Part shown: in pieces, positions 48,744 to 61,116 of the stretch
How the letters are laid out: the number at the start of each line of letters is the position of its first letter
Numbering within the stretch: position 1 is the first letter of the stretch
Assembly (NCBI GenBank): GCA_032718475.1
Contig: JAUCBJ010001408.1
Location: 1 to 64,000, forward strand
Reading direction: 5' to 3'
From: Nemertoderma westbladi
Lineage: Eukaryota > Animalia > Xenacoelomorpha
DNA: 64,000 nt
The notes under the pieces: generated by a model
Databases searched by the model: none
What the model saw: only the letters and a program-made list of their open reading frames with translations
Told to the model about the DNA's origin: nothing
Translations under genes and position numbers: made by a program

Positions 48744-50628
48744 TATTCGAAGAGACGGTAACAATACCTGCAATATCCTACTGTAAAGTTTGTAAATCAA
48801 TTCATAAATCCGACCTTCTCACCAAAACAGTAAACTCTAAGTAAACGAATATATTGCAGTATCGATCTCTTATAACCGGTGAGGCAGAAAACAGTCTACG
48901 AGCAGACAAACTTCGATGAAACAAAATCCCGCACAGCAAATCCTAAAATCAGGCTGACTCACTGACGGACTAAGGGGCTCGTATACTTTGCCGCGGTGTG
49001 ATTTATATGGTTTGGGCAAAAGGGACGCTAGCTAGGTACAGAGGCAGATATTTGGAGATGTCTAACTAGCGAGCAAAGTGCAGTAAGGACGAAAGTTAAT
49101 TTTATATATTTTGAGGTGTAAATAATTTCTAACGCGCGCGTGTCAATTCTGAACGGTCAAAGCAGTTTTGCTCCTTCACATATATAATTACTGGGTACGG
49201 TGTGCATTTTACGAATATTCTAATTTTATAACTTGTAGGTCCAATACTCACGAATGATAAGGTTCCTTCCCCTCTTGCGTATTTCCAGGACTCAAATTCA
49301 GGCATAAGGTTAGTACTACGCCCAGAATTCGGCAATTTTAGGTACCAGGTCCCTGATACTAAGAAGAGATGTGTTAGTTTACTACTGTAGGCGTACGGGT
49401 ACTAATAGCTATCCTGGCTCCTATCAAGAATTTTAGTCACCCAGGTAGTCCGGGTAACTTCCTATTAGGGCGTTGGCGGGGACACGGTAGATGTTAGTAT
49501 ATCCCTGATAGCCTCAATTTATTTGCGCCTAGTACGTAAACTGCCCTACCGCCTGAACGGTACAATCCCAATTCAGGTGAAAACACAGCAACCCCCCTAG
49601 CCTACAAGTTCTAATACAATGGACACTGTCGTACGGCAAATAGTCACAGACGCACCTGTACTTAGCAAGAGTTAAGCGTACAGTTTGCTGCACCCTAACC
49701 AATGTGTATGCCTTGTACCGGTGTGCCTACATCCTATCTGCGTACTAGTATCTGCCTGCGCTCTCCCTCCCCCCGTAGGAATATGAAGGTCTACTGCGGT
49801 TTTTCCTGAATCAAGACAGTACAGTCCCTATGATGTAATTTTAGGCTTGCAGCGTGTCACTACGTCTACCTTTTGATCTTTTGGTCTTACACTTAGGTAG
49901 CAAGGATCGAACGCTGTCTAACCTTTCAGGCGATGGGCGAATAACTCTAGATGGTATTTCGGGTTGTCTCTCGTCTACATTCCCGTGATGTTCCCGTTCA
50001 TTGCTGCGGCCCGATCTCTAGCCGGCCATCCTGTCCCTTAAGTTTGTTCACCGTAGTGAATCCATGATAAAACAGATAGAAAAGGGCTGAGTTTGACAAA
50101 TATTTCTTACTTTTATTACAAATCAAACAGATAAGATAATAAAGTCTCATTAGTACAGATTGAAGAAGTAGTAGGTTGATAAGAAGTGAACTAATGAACG
50201 AAATCGCACCTTTATATACCGAATTTGTGCCGCAATCAATCGAGAAAATTCTCGATTGTTCTACAGGTTCTAACGGGGTTTTAAAGATAGCTATTGGTCC
50301 AGCTAATATATAACTTGCACGACATTGGTTACAATCAAATAACTACAGTCTCATTGGTACAGATAAATGCAATTAATTTGTAGCGGTTAATTTAAACGAG
50401 TTGAAATTCTGTACAAAAAATAATTCGCACTTACTAGGATTCGAACTCAATACCTACTACACATATAATTTCCAACGCTCTACCGACTGAGCTACTGAAC
50501 CACTTGACCGATAGATGTACAAATGATAGAACCAATACGAATGAGAACTCAAAGCAATCTTTACAAAGTTAATTCGAATAAAATAGAAATTTTGAAAATC
50601 CACGGCATTTAGGGAATATAATTCTATA
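48744..50628 (-). repeat. 5' LTR (1885 bp)
   Basis: Sense termini TATAGAAT...CGAATA; TATA box TATATAAA ~50211-50218, Inr-like TTAGTT ~50190, AATAAA ~50112. Confidence 0.95.
50425..50501 (-). ncRNA. tRNA-like (Pol III promoter-type) sequence inside the LTR
   Basis: GGTTCAGTAGCTCAGTCGGTAGAGC (perfect D arm, A box), GAGTTCGAATCC (B box), downstream T run; acceptor stem does not pair. Confidence 0.6.
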
Positions 50629-50851
50629 AATGTCGCACTGCGATATAAAGTTAGGAAATATGTCGCCCTGGCGATTTGGTAGTGCGAAATTAATTCCACA
50701 CAAATAAATAAAAACATAATAATAAAACAGAAGGACTTCAACACGGCAAATAATTATGTTACAAATAATTACTGGTTAAGAAACTAACATCGTTCTTTAG
50801 CTCATTATTTACATCGACTTGGTTAGTTAGGTTTGTATTTAAATATTTTAC

Positions 50852-50914
50852 TTGGTCACTCAACCGTGTAATATTTCCCCCCAACTCTGTATTCTGTTCT
50901 TCCAACTCTGTAAC
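50852..50914 (-). CDS. FReD gene exon 4 (coiled coil, VTELEEQNTELGENITRLSDQ)
   Basis: 63-nt phase 0-0 exon, ctaacag|...|gtaaaa. Confidence 0.8.
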
Positions 50915-51090
50915 CTGTTAGGAAATATTTTTATAAATTTTTATTAATTCAACTCGCTTACAATATCTATGAAATCGTATGAAGTTAAATTTAACAAATA
51001 ATTATGTTACAAATAATTACTGGTTAAGAAACTAACATCGTTATTTAGCTCATCGAGTTGGTTAATTAGGTTTGTAAGTATATCTTTTAC

Positions 51091-51153
51091 TTGGTCACTC
51101 AACCCATTGATATTTTCTTTCAACTCTGTATTCTGTTCTTCCAGCTCTGTAAC
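51091..51153 (-). CDS. FReD gene exon 3 (coiled coil, VTELEEQNTELKENINGLSDQ)
   Basis: 63-nt phase 0-0 exon, tandem duplicate of exon 4. Confidence 0.8.
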
Positions 51154-51215
51154 CTGTTAGGAAAAATTATTATAACTTTTAAGAAATTGTCGCGCTCTCG
51201 TCACCGTAGTAATTA

Positions 51216-51408
51216 TAATGGAGTTGAGATAATGTCTGGGAGACCTCAGGTGACCAAACAAGGAAGGGTAACAACAGTTACGAGCTTTCACCCAACAGGG
51301 CTTCTCAAGCCATTCATCAAGCCCTGTCGGGTGAAAGCTCGTAACTGTTGTTACCCTTTCTTTTTTGGTCACCAGAGGTCTCCCAGACATTATCTCAACT
51401 CAATTATT
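51216..51408. mobile_element. Fold-back MITE
   Basis: ~85-bp inverted arms (gagttgagataatgtctgggagacc...cagggctt) around a ~15-nt loop. Confidence 0.75.
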
Positions 51409-51512
51409 TTATAACTTTTATGAATTTATCTCAACTTGTACCACTTACAATATCTATGAAATCGCATGAAATTACATTTAAAATAATAATTTAAAATAAC
51501 TAACAAACTTAC

Positions 51513-51542
51513 ATTAATGGCTCCACATTGTCCATCATTTGC
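51513..51542 (-). CDS. FReD gene exon 2 (ANDGQCGAIN)
   Basis: 30-nt phase 0-0 exon, ttacag|...|gtaagt. Confidence 0.6.
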
Positions 51543-51639
51543 CTGTAATAATAAATAAATTATAAATAGCTCTGCCGTACAATGTAAAAAGACCATTAGT
51601 CGCATTTTTTTCAAAATTTATTTTTCTGGTTAAGGTTGG

Positions 51640-52625
51640 TTGGAGCAGGTTAAGGCCGGATTTTCTAACCAAAACAATAAACAGTCACTTTACCAAATGA
51701 AGGAAAGGAGCAGGTTACAGAGGTTAGCCTTTCTAACCAAAACAATAAACGGTCACTTTACCAAATTAGGGAAAGGAGCAGGTTACAGAGGCGGGATTTT
51801 CTAATCAAAACAATAAACAATCTCTTAACTAATTGAAGGAAAGGAGCAGGTTACAGAGGCGGGATTTTCTAACCAAAACAATAAACGATCACTTAACTAA
51901 TTGAGGGAAAGGAGCAGGTTACAGAGGCGGGATTTTCTAACCAAAACAATAAACGATAACATTACCAATTGAGAGAAAGGAGCATGTTACAGAGGCGGGA
52001 TTTCCTAACCAAAACAATAAACGATCTCTTAACTAATTGAGGGAAAGGAGCAGGTTACAGAGGCGGGATTTTCTAACCAAAACAATAAACGATCACTTAA
52101 CTAATCGAGGGAAAGGAGCAGGTTACAGAGGCGGGAATTTCTAACCAAAACAATAAACGATCACTTAACTAATTGAGGGAAAGGAGCATGTTACAGAGGC
52201 GGGATTTTCTAATCAAAACAATAAACAATCTCTTAACTAATTGAAGGAAAGGAGCAGGTTACAGAGGCGGGATTTTCTAACCAAAACAATAAACGATCAC
52301 TTAACTAATTGAGGGAAAGGAGCAGGTTACAGAGGCGGGATTTTCTAACCAAAACAATAAACGATAACATTACCAATTGAGAGAAAGGAGAAGGTTACAG
52401 AGGCGGGATTTCCTAACCAAAACAATAAACGATCTCTTAACTAATTGAGGGAAAGGAGCAGGTTACAGAGGCGGGATTTTCTAACCAAAACAATAAACGA
52501 TCACTTAACTAATCGAGGGAAAGGAGCAGGTTACAGAGGCGGGAATTTCTAACCAAAACAATAAACGATCACTTAACTAATTGAGGGAAAGGAGCATGTT
52601 ACAGAGGCGGGATTTTCTAACCAAC
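51640..52625. repeat. 68-bp minisatellite (~14 units)
   Basis: Unit gagcaggttacagaggcgggattttctaaccaaaacaataaacgatcacttaactaattgagggaaag. Confidence 0.95.
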
Positions 52626-53778
52626 GGTAACGGTATCAAATGGAAACGGTAACGGGGTATAACATGTATAAGTAGTTTTTTCGAGTACGTATGAGTTTAT
52701 GAACTGATCTTTGCTGTTGGAAGTAGTGGTGCCGCTATCAGTAACACTACACAGACAGTAGTCATGATCTATTATAAAACTGATAAATTATGTATGTGAA
52801 ACTGAAAGGTATATCCACATTTTCCACAATCCAGTTTGGCCTATCAATTATTTAAAATTTATTAGCACAACCGGTCAGCCGGTAGGCCTACCAATACCGT
52901 ATTCTAATGGTAAGGCTACACAGTAGGCCTACAGCAGTACCGGTGCCGGTACCGGTACTAAAATACCTAAAATACCTGCTTAATACCTACATCTGTACAA
53001 ACAATACAGCAATAATACTGCAAAATAGTGCTCTATATACTAATACCGATACTGATAGCAACCTGGGAGAACAGCAGTAGAGAAACCGGTAGCATGGAAC
53101 CTAACGGTAAATTTCTGGAGGACATAAAAAGTAAAAAAAAAGGACATCATAAGTGATTTAAACGGATAAAAAAAATTATTGCGATAGAAAATGTTGAAAA
53201 ATCCACCACATATTACAATACTGTATTACAAGAAAACTGATATGAGTTGGGGTACAATTGGTGTGGGGACAACGGGACAACAAACGTGGACATGGGAATA
53301 AGACGTGGCCAGGGAAACAGACGTGGACACGGATATCTAACGCGACATGGGGAGACCAAATGGTGGTGACGGGGATAACCTATACGGACAACTAGACAAC
53401 TAAAAAGGACAACTGGACAACCAATATGGATATCCGGACACATCAGACTGGGGGAGGCCATAATAATAGCAAACCAGTCTGCAATACTGGGACAAAAACC
53501 AAAATAAATGTGAACTGAATAACTAACAGACAGTTTGTGAGACAGTCAAACAGCTGTTGGTTACAGTCATGTATGCGTTGTCACTCTCTCTAGGATGCTA
53601 ACCATTTAAATAAAATTTCTGTTTGTGGAATAATTCTGTGAGAAAACATTTTTTTTTGTTTTGATGAATAAATCTAACATCCTTAATAAAGGGTTTCTTT
53701 TTTCAAGTGAGCAAATCATTAAATGAATAATTCAGATAACAACGCTAAATGAATACTTTATGCATTAAATAAACTTAC

Positions 53779-53835
53779 CTGGAGTAGGAAAAGAGCTGAC
53801 AGCAGAGAAAATAGTTTAAGACTTACGGGTAACAT
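53779..53835 (-). CDS. FReD gene exon 1 (signal peptide MLPVSLKLFSLLSALFLLQ)
   Basis: aaaATG start, hydrophobic leader, CAG|gtaagt donor in phase 0, TATAAATA about 90 nt upstream. Confidence 0.65.
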
Positions 53836-54094
53836 TTTTACAGTATTTTGTAAATAACTTTGTAACTAAAGTTATGATAATTTTCTGAGAGAGAATGGTT
53901 TTAATGCCTAAAACTCCTCCTATTTATACACTTTTGACAAAGGCAATTACTTATGCAATGAATAACGTCTCATAAAGGCAATCAAAGGCGGCAAGTATTA
54001 AGACCTTTATAGAATAATTATTAGTACCTTAGTATAGATACCACTGTGTGTTAGTTATCACTTTAAATTACATTCTTATGATTAACTGTCACAG

Positions 54095-54640
54095 AAAGAC
54101 TGCTGCCGACTGGCTACCATTTACAGACAGACTGTGGGCGTCTGGATATACCAGTTAAAGGCAGACTGCTGGGGCCTGGCTACCACTTACAGGCAGACTG
54201 CTGGCGCCTGGCTACCAGTTACAGACAGAATCCTGGCACCTGGCTACCATGTTACAGGCAGACTGCTGGCGCCTGGCTACCAGATACAGACAAACTGCTG
54301 GCGCCTGGCTATCAGTTACAGACAGACTGCCGGCGTCTGGATATCAGTTACAGGCAGACTGCTAGCGCCTGGCTACCAGATCCAGACAGACTGCTGGCGC
54401 CTGGCTACCAGTTACAGACAGACTGCGGGCATCTGAATACCAGATAAGGCAGACTGCTAGCGCCTGCCTACCATAAGATACAGACAGACTGCTGGTGCCT
54501 GGCTACCAGTTACAGACAGAATGCGGGCGTCTGGATACCAGTTACAGGCAGACCTCTAGCGCCTGGCTACCAGATACAGGCAACTGCTAACGCCTGGCGA
54601 CCAGTTACAGACAGACTGCGGGTGCCTGGCGACCACTTAC
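54095..54640. repeat. ~32-bp minisatellite
   Basis: Unit cagactgctggcgcctggctaccagttaca(gg/ga). Confidence 0.85.
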
Positions 54641-56015
54641 ATACTGTACAGGTACGTCGCAGCGCAGTGGTTACATCGCGTTTCGGCAACTATCACGTTC
54701 GGCAAGAGTAGTAATTCGGCAATAAAGTTACGTTTCGGTAAAACAGAGCACATTACACCAGTGTTGCGTGATCTTCATTGGCTGCCTATTCTGCGCCGTA
54801 TTGATAATAAATTTGCACTTTTGAAATATACAGTAAAGTGCGCCTTATACAGTAATATGGGTCCTGCGTGCACCTGTAGAACAATAGAATCGAAAAAAAG
54901 TAAAAAGCCCACCACCCTAATTATTTCAGGATTCCAATATTGGTTTGAATAATTGGTTTAGGTTGGGAATAACAGTTTGGACCCATTTGATCACATCCGA
55001 TGCATGCAGGAAGTTCTTTCTTTGAGTCATTGATCTTTCTTCAATGTGTTATATTGTTATATATCTCATTATGGTGCATCGCGACGGCTCAAAATTTAAC
55101 CCTCTTGGGATCCGTGAAGATATAGACGAAATTTAAATAATTTTTTTTTGCCTTACTTTTTTACCATTTAGCAACTTTTGTGCACCTGTAGAACAATAGA
55201 ATCGGAAAAAAAGTAAAAAGCCCACCACCCTAATTATTTCAGGATTCCAATAATGGTTTGAATAATTGGTTTAGGTTGGGAATAACAGTTGTTCTCTGAC
55301 ATTTCATATTTCGTTAAGGACCATTTTGGTTGCCGTATTTTTGGCCGCTTTTTTTGCTACGTTTTCCCCGCGTTTTTGCCACGTTTTTTCCATTGCTTGA
55401 CTTTAACACAATTCATAAAATAGTGTATTCTAGAATACAGAGGTAGTACGTTGAAACAACAGGACAAGGAAACAACAGGTCTAACATTATAATTTTAAAT
55501 AATTGTTAATTCCTGTATTCTATATATTCTCATATATTCAATATTATATATTATCATATATTCTATATTATTCATATATTCTCATATATTATATTCCTTA
55601 TAGATTCTCATATATTCTTTATATATTCTCATATATTCTTATATTTTTTAAATAGATTATGTTGTCGTACTGATAATGTTTTTGGCAGTTTGGAAAACAA
55701 TATATTTTTTTGAGTGTATAAACCGGGGTTTAAGGAAACATCCAACCCACACTTTATAAGGTAAAACTTCCCTTCTTTGTCGCAGACGCCTGTTGGATTT
55801 ACAGGCGAAAGGAAAAGAGCTGAGAGCAGAGAGCTTATGCATTCAATAAAGTATCATAAAGGCAATCAAAGGCGGCAAGTATTAAGACCTTTATAGAACA
55901 ATTATTAGTAACTAACCTTAGTATAGATACCATTGTATGTTAATTATTACTTTAAATTACATTCTCATGATTAAATGTCACATAAAGACTGCTGCCGCCT
56001 GGCTTCCAGTTACAT

Positions 56016-59000
56016 ACACGTTCGTGGGGCCTTCGCGCAGCACGAGGCCCAGTTATGAGATACAAATTAAAATTGAGCGACTGTATCACAAAATCAGGTT
56101 TTGAGAAATTTACCCACACCACCAATCAATCAAAGAAAGGGGACAGTACGTGTTCACCCCTTTTAATCTCCCCCCCCCCCCACCCCCCACCCTTCCCAAC
56201 CACCAATACATAACCGCGACATCTACCACCCACGGAAGGGTAGCACGAACTTATTTCCAATCGCACGTTCAATATGCAAAGCCAGGTGGTTTATAGGAAT
56301 ATAATAAAAGCAGTACTCGTTTTCATTATAAGCCTCGTTGCGTTCGTCCTGTTTTGTATTTAAATATATTTCTTAAACGCAGGCTAGGACGATCTTTATA
56401 ATAATAACTAGAAAGCCCGTGGCCTTCGGCCACGGCTTTCTAGTTCACAAGCTTCTATACAATCAATCAATCAATGGACAATATCAAACATAAATAAATA
56501 AATTAATTAACTTAACAAAACTTTACATAAGACTAAGAGACTGATCCCGTTTTAGTTGCAGCTACATACAATAATAAACATAGGCTTTATGTTGTAGTAG
56601 ATACTGTACCTTCCAAGTAACACCTCCAATGGATTACAAATAATAAAATGGGAAAAGGTTTTAACTGTGTGTGATATTTTCCCCTTAGTGGAAAACTGCA
56701 TAACTGCAGAGTAGAGGTTAGCGTCCTCGCAAACATAACCTATAGTGCAGTAGGTCACTGCAGCAACTCTATCGTATTAAAATGGAAGGTTTTAATTTCA
56801 GACATTTCGCCCCCTAGTGGCAGACTGCATAATTCTGCACTGGTTAGCGTTCTCCTCAAACACGAAGACTATGGTGTAGTAGTCCTCTGCCAAGTGCTAA
56901 GTATCAGCAAAAAAGCATTCATAAACAACAAAATTGTAGGTTTCCTCTTTTAGACATTTCATCCCCTAATAGCGGTTGACTGGGGAACTGTAGACGATTC
57001 TGTGACTCCGTAAAGATACAGCCTATGGTGTAGTAGATAGCTACCAAAGCATTAAAAACAACCAAATGAGATCAGGTTTTCACTATCGGACAATTCGCCC
57101 TCTAGCGGCGGACGGTGGAACTTCAGACGGCTCTGAGTATTACTTTGCAACGAGTATGGGCGAGACCTTTCTAACAAGCTATATAATAACATAATAGCTA
57201 TATAACTAACAAAACAATAAACTAACACAATAGAACAGGTTCCAGTTTTATTTTTGAGAGTAATCAGCTGTTATTTGCGTCGAATTTCCCCTGGAGAGGG
57301 ATGAATTTTTATTGCCCCTATCTGAGCCGATGATAAACATACATCCAGACCAGACAGATAATAATTGATATTTATATTTATTAGTTTTTAAATGCATGTA
57401 TAATATTAGATAAAATAATAATACAGTAAGCAGGCCTACAGAAATAATCACTTTTAATATTCAGAACAGTAAAATAATAAAAAAAATATAATGTTATAAA
57501 CCTCTCTTTCCACACAGCCATTATTGATTGAGAAAGCAGAATTAGTCTTGGACAGTTCGCAACAAACAACCTACCCCAATCAACACTCCAGCCTGGCTTG
57601 CTACTTACCTGTGCCCAGCTAGCTGCGAGTTCAATAATTACCTTAACGTTGCTATGATACAGAAAAAAATCCTTCCCTATTCACTACAGCACTAAGAATA
57701 GGCCAATTCGATCGTGCTTGGCGAATATGACATATTTATACACTGTTTGATTTTTAATCAATAAATAATCATACATATTTATATTAAACACTCGAATAAA
57801 CTAAATACTTTGTGAGAATGGGACACGGCGAATCTACTCATGTTAATTTTATACCAGATGGGATAAATGTTAGCCCTCTAAATAATTAATTACCGATAGA
57901 AGAACCGAAATAATTCGATAAATTTCGCCCGAACGAACACAAAATTCGCATTCACGCAAGCAAACGCGTAAAATAAGACTCGAGATAGCGACAGTGCACG
58001 TGCTCGTGACGAGAGCTTTCGTTCGATGTATCGCGAGCTCAGATTGGTGCTTGTGTGTAGAAACGTATAGCTTGGACAGACAAACAAACAAACAGACAGA
58101 CAGACAGACAGACACATGATATTTATATATATAGACTAGAAAGCCTGTGGCCCTTCGGGCCACAGCTTTCTAGTGCACGTGCAGATGATATATGAATATG
58201 TGTGGGAGATTGGAGAACTGCATACGGAACAGACACCATCATTAAATAAAACACCACCCCCATAAGAGATAACTGTCAAGTTTCAACTTTAGTCAGATTG
58301 TAAATAACAACATTGGTGTAGATGTTCACATTCAGACTTCTACAGTAGCGGTAGACTGAAGAACTGTAGACGACTCTGGGACTCAGTAAAGATACAGAAT
58401 ATGCTGTAGTAGATTCCTGCCAAGTTTCAGCTCAAAGGGATTAAAAACAACCAATTGGGATGAGGTGTTCACTATCAGACAATTCGCCCTCTAGCGGCAG
58501 ATAGGGGAACTGTATACAACTCTGCGACTCAGTAAAGGTAGAGCCTATGCTGTAGTAGATGCCTACCAATTTTCAGTCTAAACCGTTTGTAAATAACAAA
58601 GTTGGAGAAGATGTTAACTTTCAGACATTTCACCCTCTAGCGGTAGACTGGGGAAGTGTATAGGACTCTGCAACTCCGTAAAGATAGAGCCTAGGACGTA
58701 GTAGATACCTGCCAAGTTTCAGCTCAAAAGGATTAAAAAGAACCAAATGGGATGAGGTTTTCACTATCAGACAATTCGCCCTCTTGCGGCTGACTGTGGA
58801 ACTGTAGACGACTCTACTACACCGCAAAGATATAGCCTATGCTATAGTAGATGCCTACCAAGTTTCAGTCTAAAAGGATTGTAAATAACAAAGTTGGAGA
58901 AGATGTTAACTTGCAGACATTTCGCCCTCTAGCGGTAGACTGGGAAATTGTAGACGATTCTGCGACTCAGTAAAGATACAGCCTATGCTGTAGTAGATGC

Positions 59001-61096
59001 CTACCAAGTTTCAGTCAAAACGGATTGTAAATAATAAAGTTGGAGAAGATGTTAACTCTCAGACATTTAGCCCTCTAGCGGTAGACTGGGGAACTGTAGA
59101 CAAATCAGTGACTCTGGAAATATACAGCCTATGCTGCAGTATATAGCTACCAAGTTTCAGCTCAAAAGCATTAAAATAACAAAGTTGGAGAAGATGTTAA
59201 CTTGCAGACATTTCGCCCTCTAGCGGTAGACTGGGAAATTGTAGACGACTCTGCGACTCAGTAAAGATTCAGCCTATGCTGTAGTAGATGCCTACCAAGT
59301 TTCAGTCAAAACGGATTGTAAATAATAAAGTTGGAGAAGATGTTAACTCTCAGACATTTAGCCCTCTAACGGTAGACTGGGGAACTGTAGACAACCCAGT
59401 GACTCCGGAAATATACAGCCTATGCTGCAGTATATAGCTACCACGTTTCAGCTCAAAAGCATTAAAAACAACCCTATAAGATCAGGTTTTCACTATCGGA
59501 TAATTCGCCCTCTAGCGGCAGACGGTGGAACTTCAGACGGCTCTGAGTATTATGTTGCAACGAGTTAGGGCGAGACCTATCTAACGAGCTATAGTAAGCG
59601 AGATTTCATCGAGATTAGATGTATAATATTAGATAAAATAATAATACAGTAAGTATAGGCCTACAGAAATAATTATTTTACTTTTAATATTCATAACAGT
59701 AAAACAAAAATGTTATAAACCTCTCCTTCCATGCAGCCATTGATTGAGAAAGCAGAATTACTCTGAGCAATTCGCAACAGACAACCCAAACCCACCCCAA
59801 TCAACACTCCAGCCTGCTTGCTCCTTATCTGTGCCCAGCCAGCTAGCTGCGAGTTCAATAATTACCTTAACGTTGCTATGATACAGAAAACAATCCTTCC
59901 CTATTCAATAACTATAGGCCAATTCGATCCTGCTTGGCAAATATGACATATTTATACACTATTTGATTTTTAATCAATAAATAATCATACATATTTATAT
60001 TAAACACTCGAATAAAATAAAAACTTTGTGAGAATGGGACACGGCGAATCTACCCATGTTAATTTTATACCAGATGGGATAAATGTTAGCCCTCTAAATC
60101 ATTAATTACCGATAGAAGAACCGAAATAATTCGATAAATTTCGCCCGAAAATCACGAAAATCGCCCTCTAGCGGCAGACGGGCGAACTTCAGACGGCTCT
60201 GAGTATTACGTTGCAACGAGTTAGGACGAGACCTTTCTAACGAGATATAGCAAGCGAGATTTCATCGAGATGGGTTCGATTGTATAGCCGATGACAAACA
60301 CACAGACAGACAGACAATCGATATTTATATACTAGACTAGAAAGCCTGTGGCCCTTCGGGCCACAGCTTTCTAGTGCACGTGCAGATGATATATGAATAT
60401 GTGTGGGAGATTGGAGAACTGCATACGGAACAGACACCATCATTAAATAAAACACCACCCCCATAAGAGATAACTGTCAAGTTTCAACTTTAGGCAGATT
60501 GTAAATAACAAAATTTCCAGAAAATGATCACTTTCAGATCCACCCTCTACCTGCGGACTGGTGAAATGCAGACGGCGCTGCAGTTTGGTAAAGATGGGGT
60601 TTATGGTGAAGTAAAATGCCTGCCTTTCAAGTTTCAGCTTAAACAGATTGTAAATAACAAAATGGGTGTAGATGTTTACATTCAGACATTTCACCCTCTA
60701 GCGGTAGACTGAAGAACTGTAGACGACTCTGGGGCTCCGTAAAGATACAGAATATGCTGTAGTAGATTCCTGCCAAGTTCCAGCTCAATAGGATTAAAAA
60801 GAACCAAATGGGATGAGGTGTTCACTATCAGATATTTCGCCCTCTAGCGGCAGATGGGGGGACTGTATACAACTCTGCGACTCCGTAAAGGTACAGCCTA
60901 TGCTGTAGTAGATGCCTACCAAGTTTCAGTCTAAACCGTTTGTAAATAACAAAGTTGTAGAAGATGTTAACTTTCAGACATTTCACCCTCTAGTGGTAGA
61001 CTGGGGAAGTGAATAGGATTCTGCAACCCCGTAAAGATACAGCCTATGATGTAGTAGATACCAACCAAGTTTCAGCTCAAAATGATTAAAAAGAAC
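56016..61096. mobile_element. Tandem cluster of non-autonomous Helitron-like elements with an internal ~148-bp satellite
   Basis: CTAG-bounded hairpins at ~56407, ~58135 and ~60336; (GACA)n tracts; repeated cagacatttcgccctctagcggtagactgg units at 58300-59520 and 60660-61096. Confidence 0.65.
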
Positions 61097-61116
61097 ATAA
61101 GTCACAATCGTTTATC

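Larger units (their letters stand above)
30761..50628 (-). mobile_element. Full-length BEL/Pao LTR retrotransposon (19.9 kb) with extra ORF
   Basis: Two near-identical LTRs; TSD AATGT at 30756-30760 and 50629-50633; empty-site homologue at 24847-24955; BEL-type gag-pro-RT-RH-IN on the minus strand. Confidence 0.97.

Noticed and set aside
52690-52770. Extra FReD exon or alternative signal peptide (MTTVCVVLLIAAPLL)
   Set aside because: Reaches a stop in the phase-0 frame with no convincing donor.
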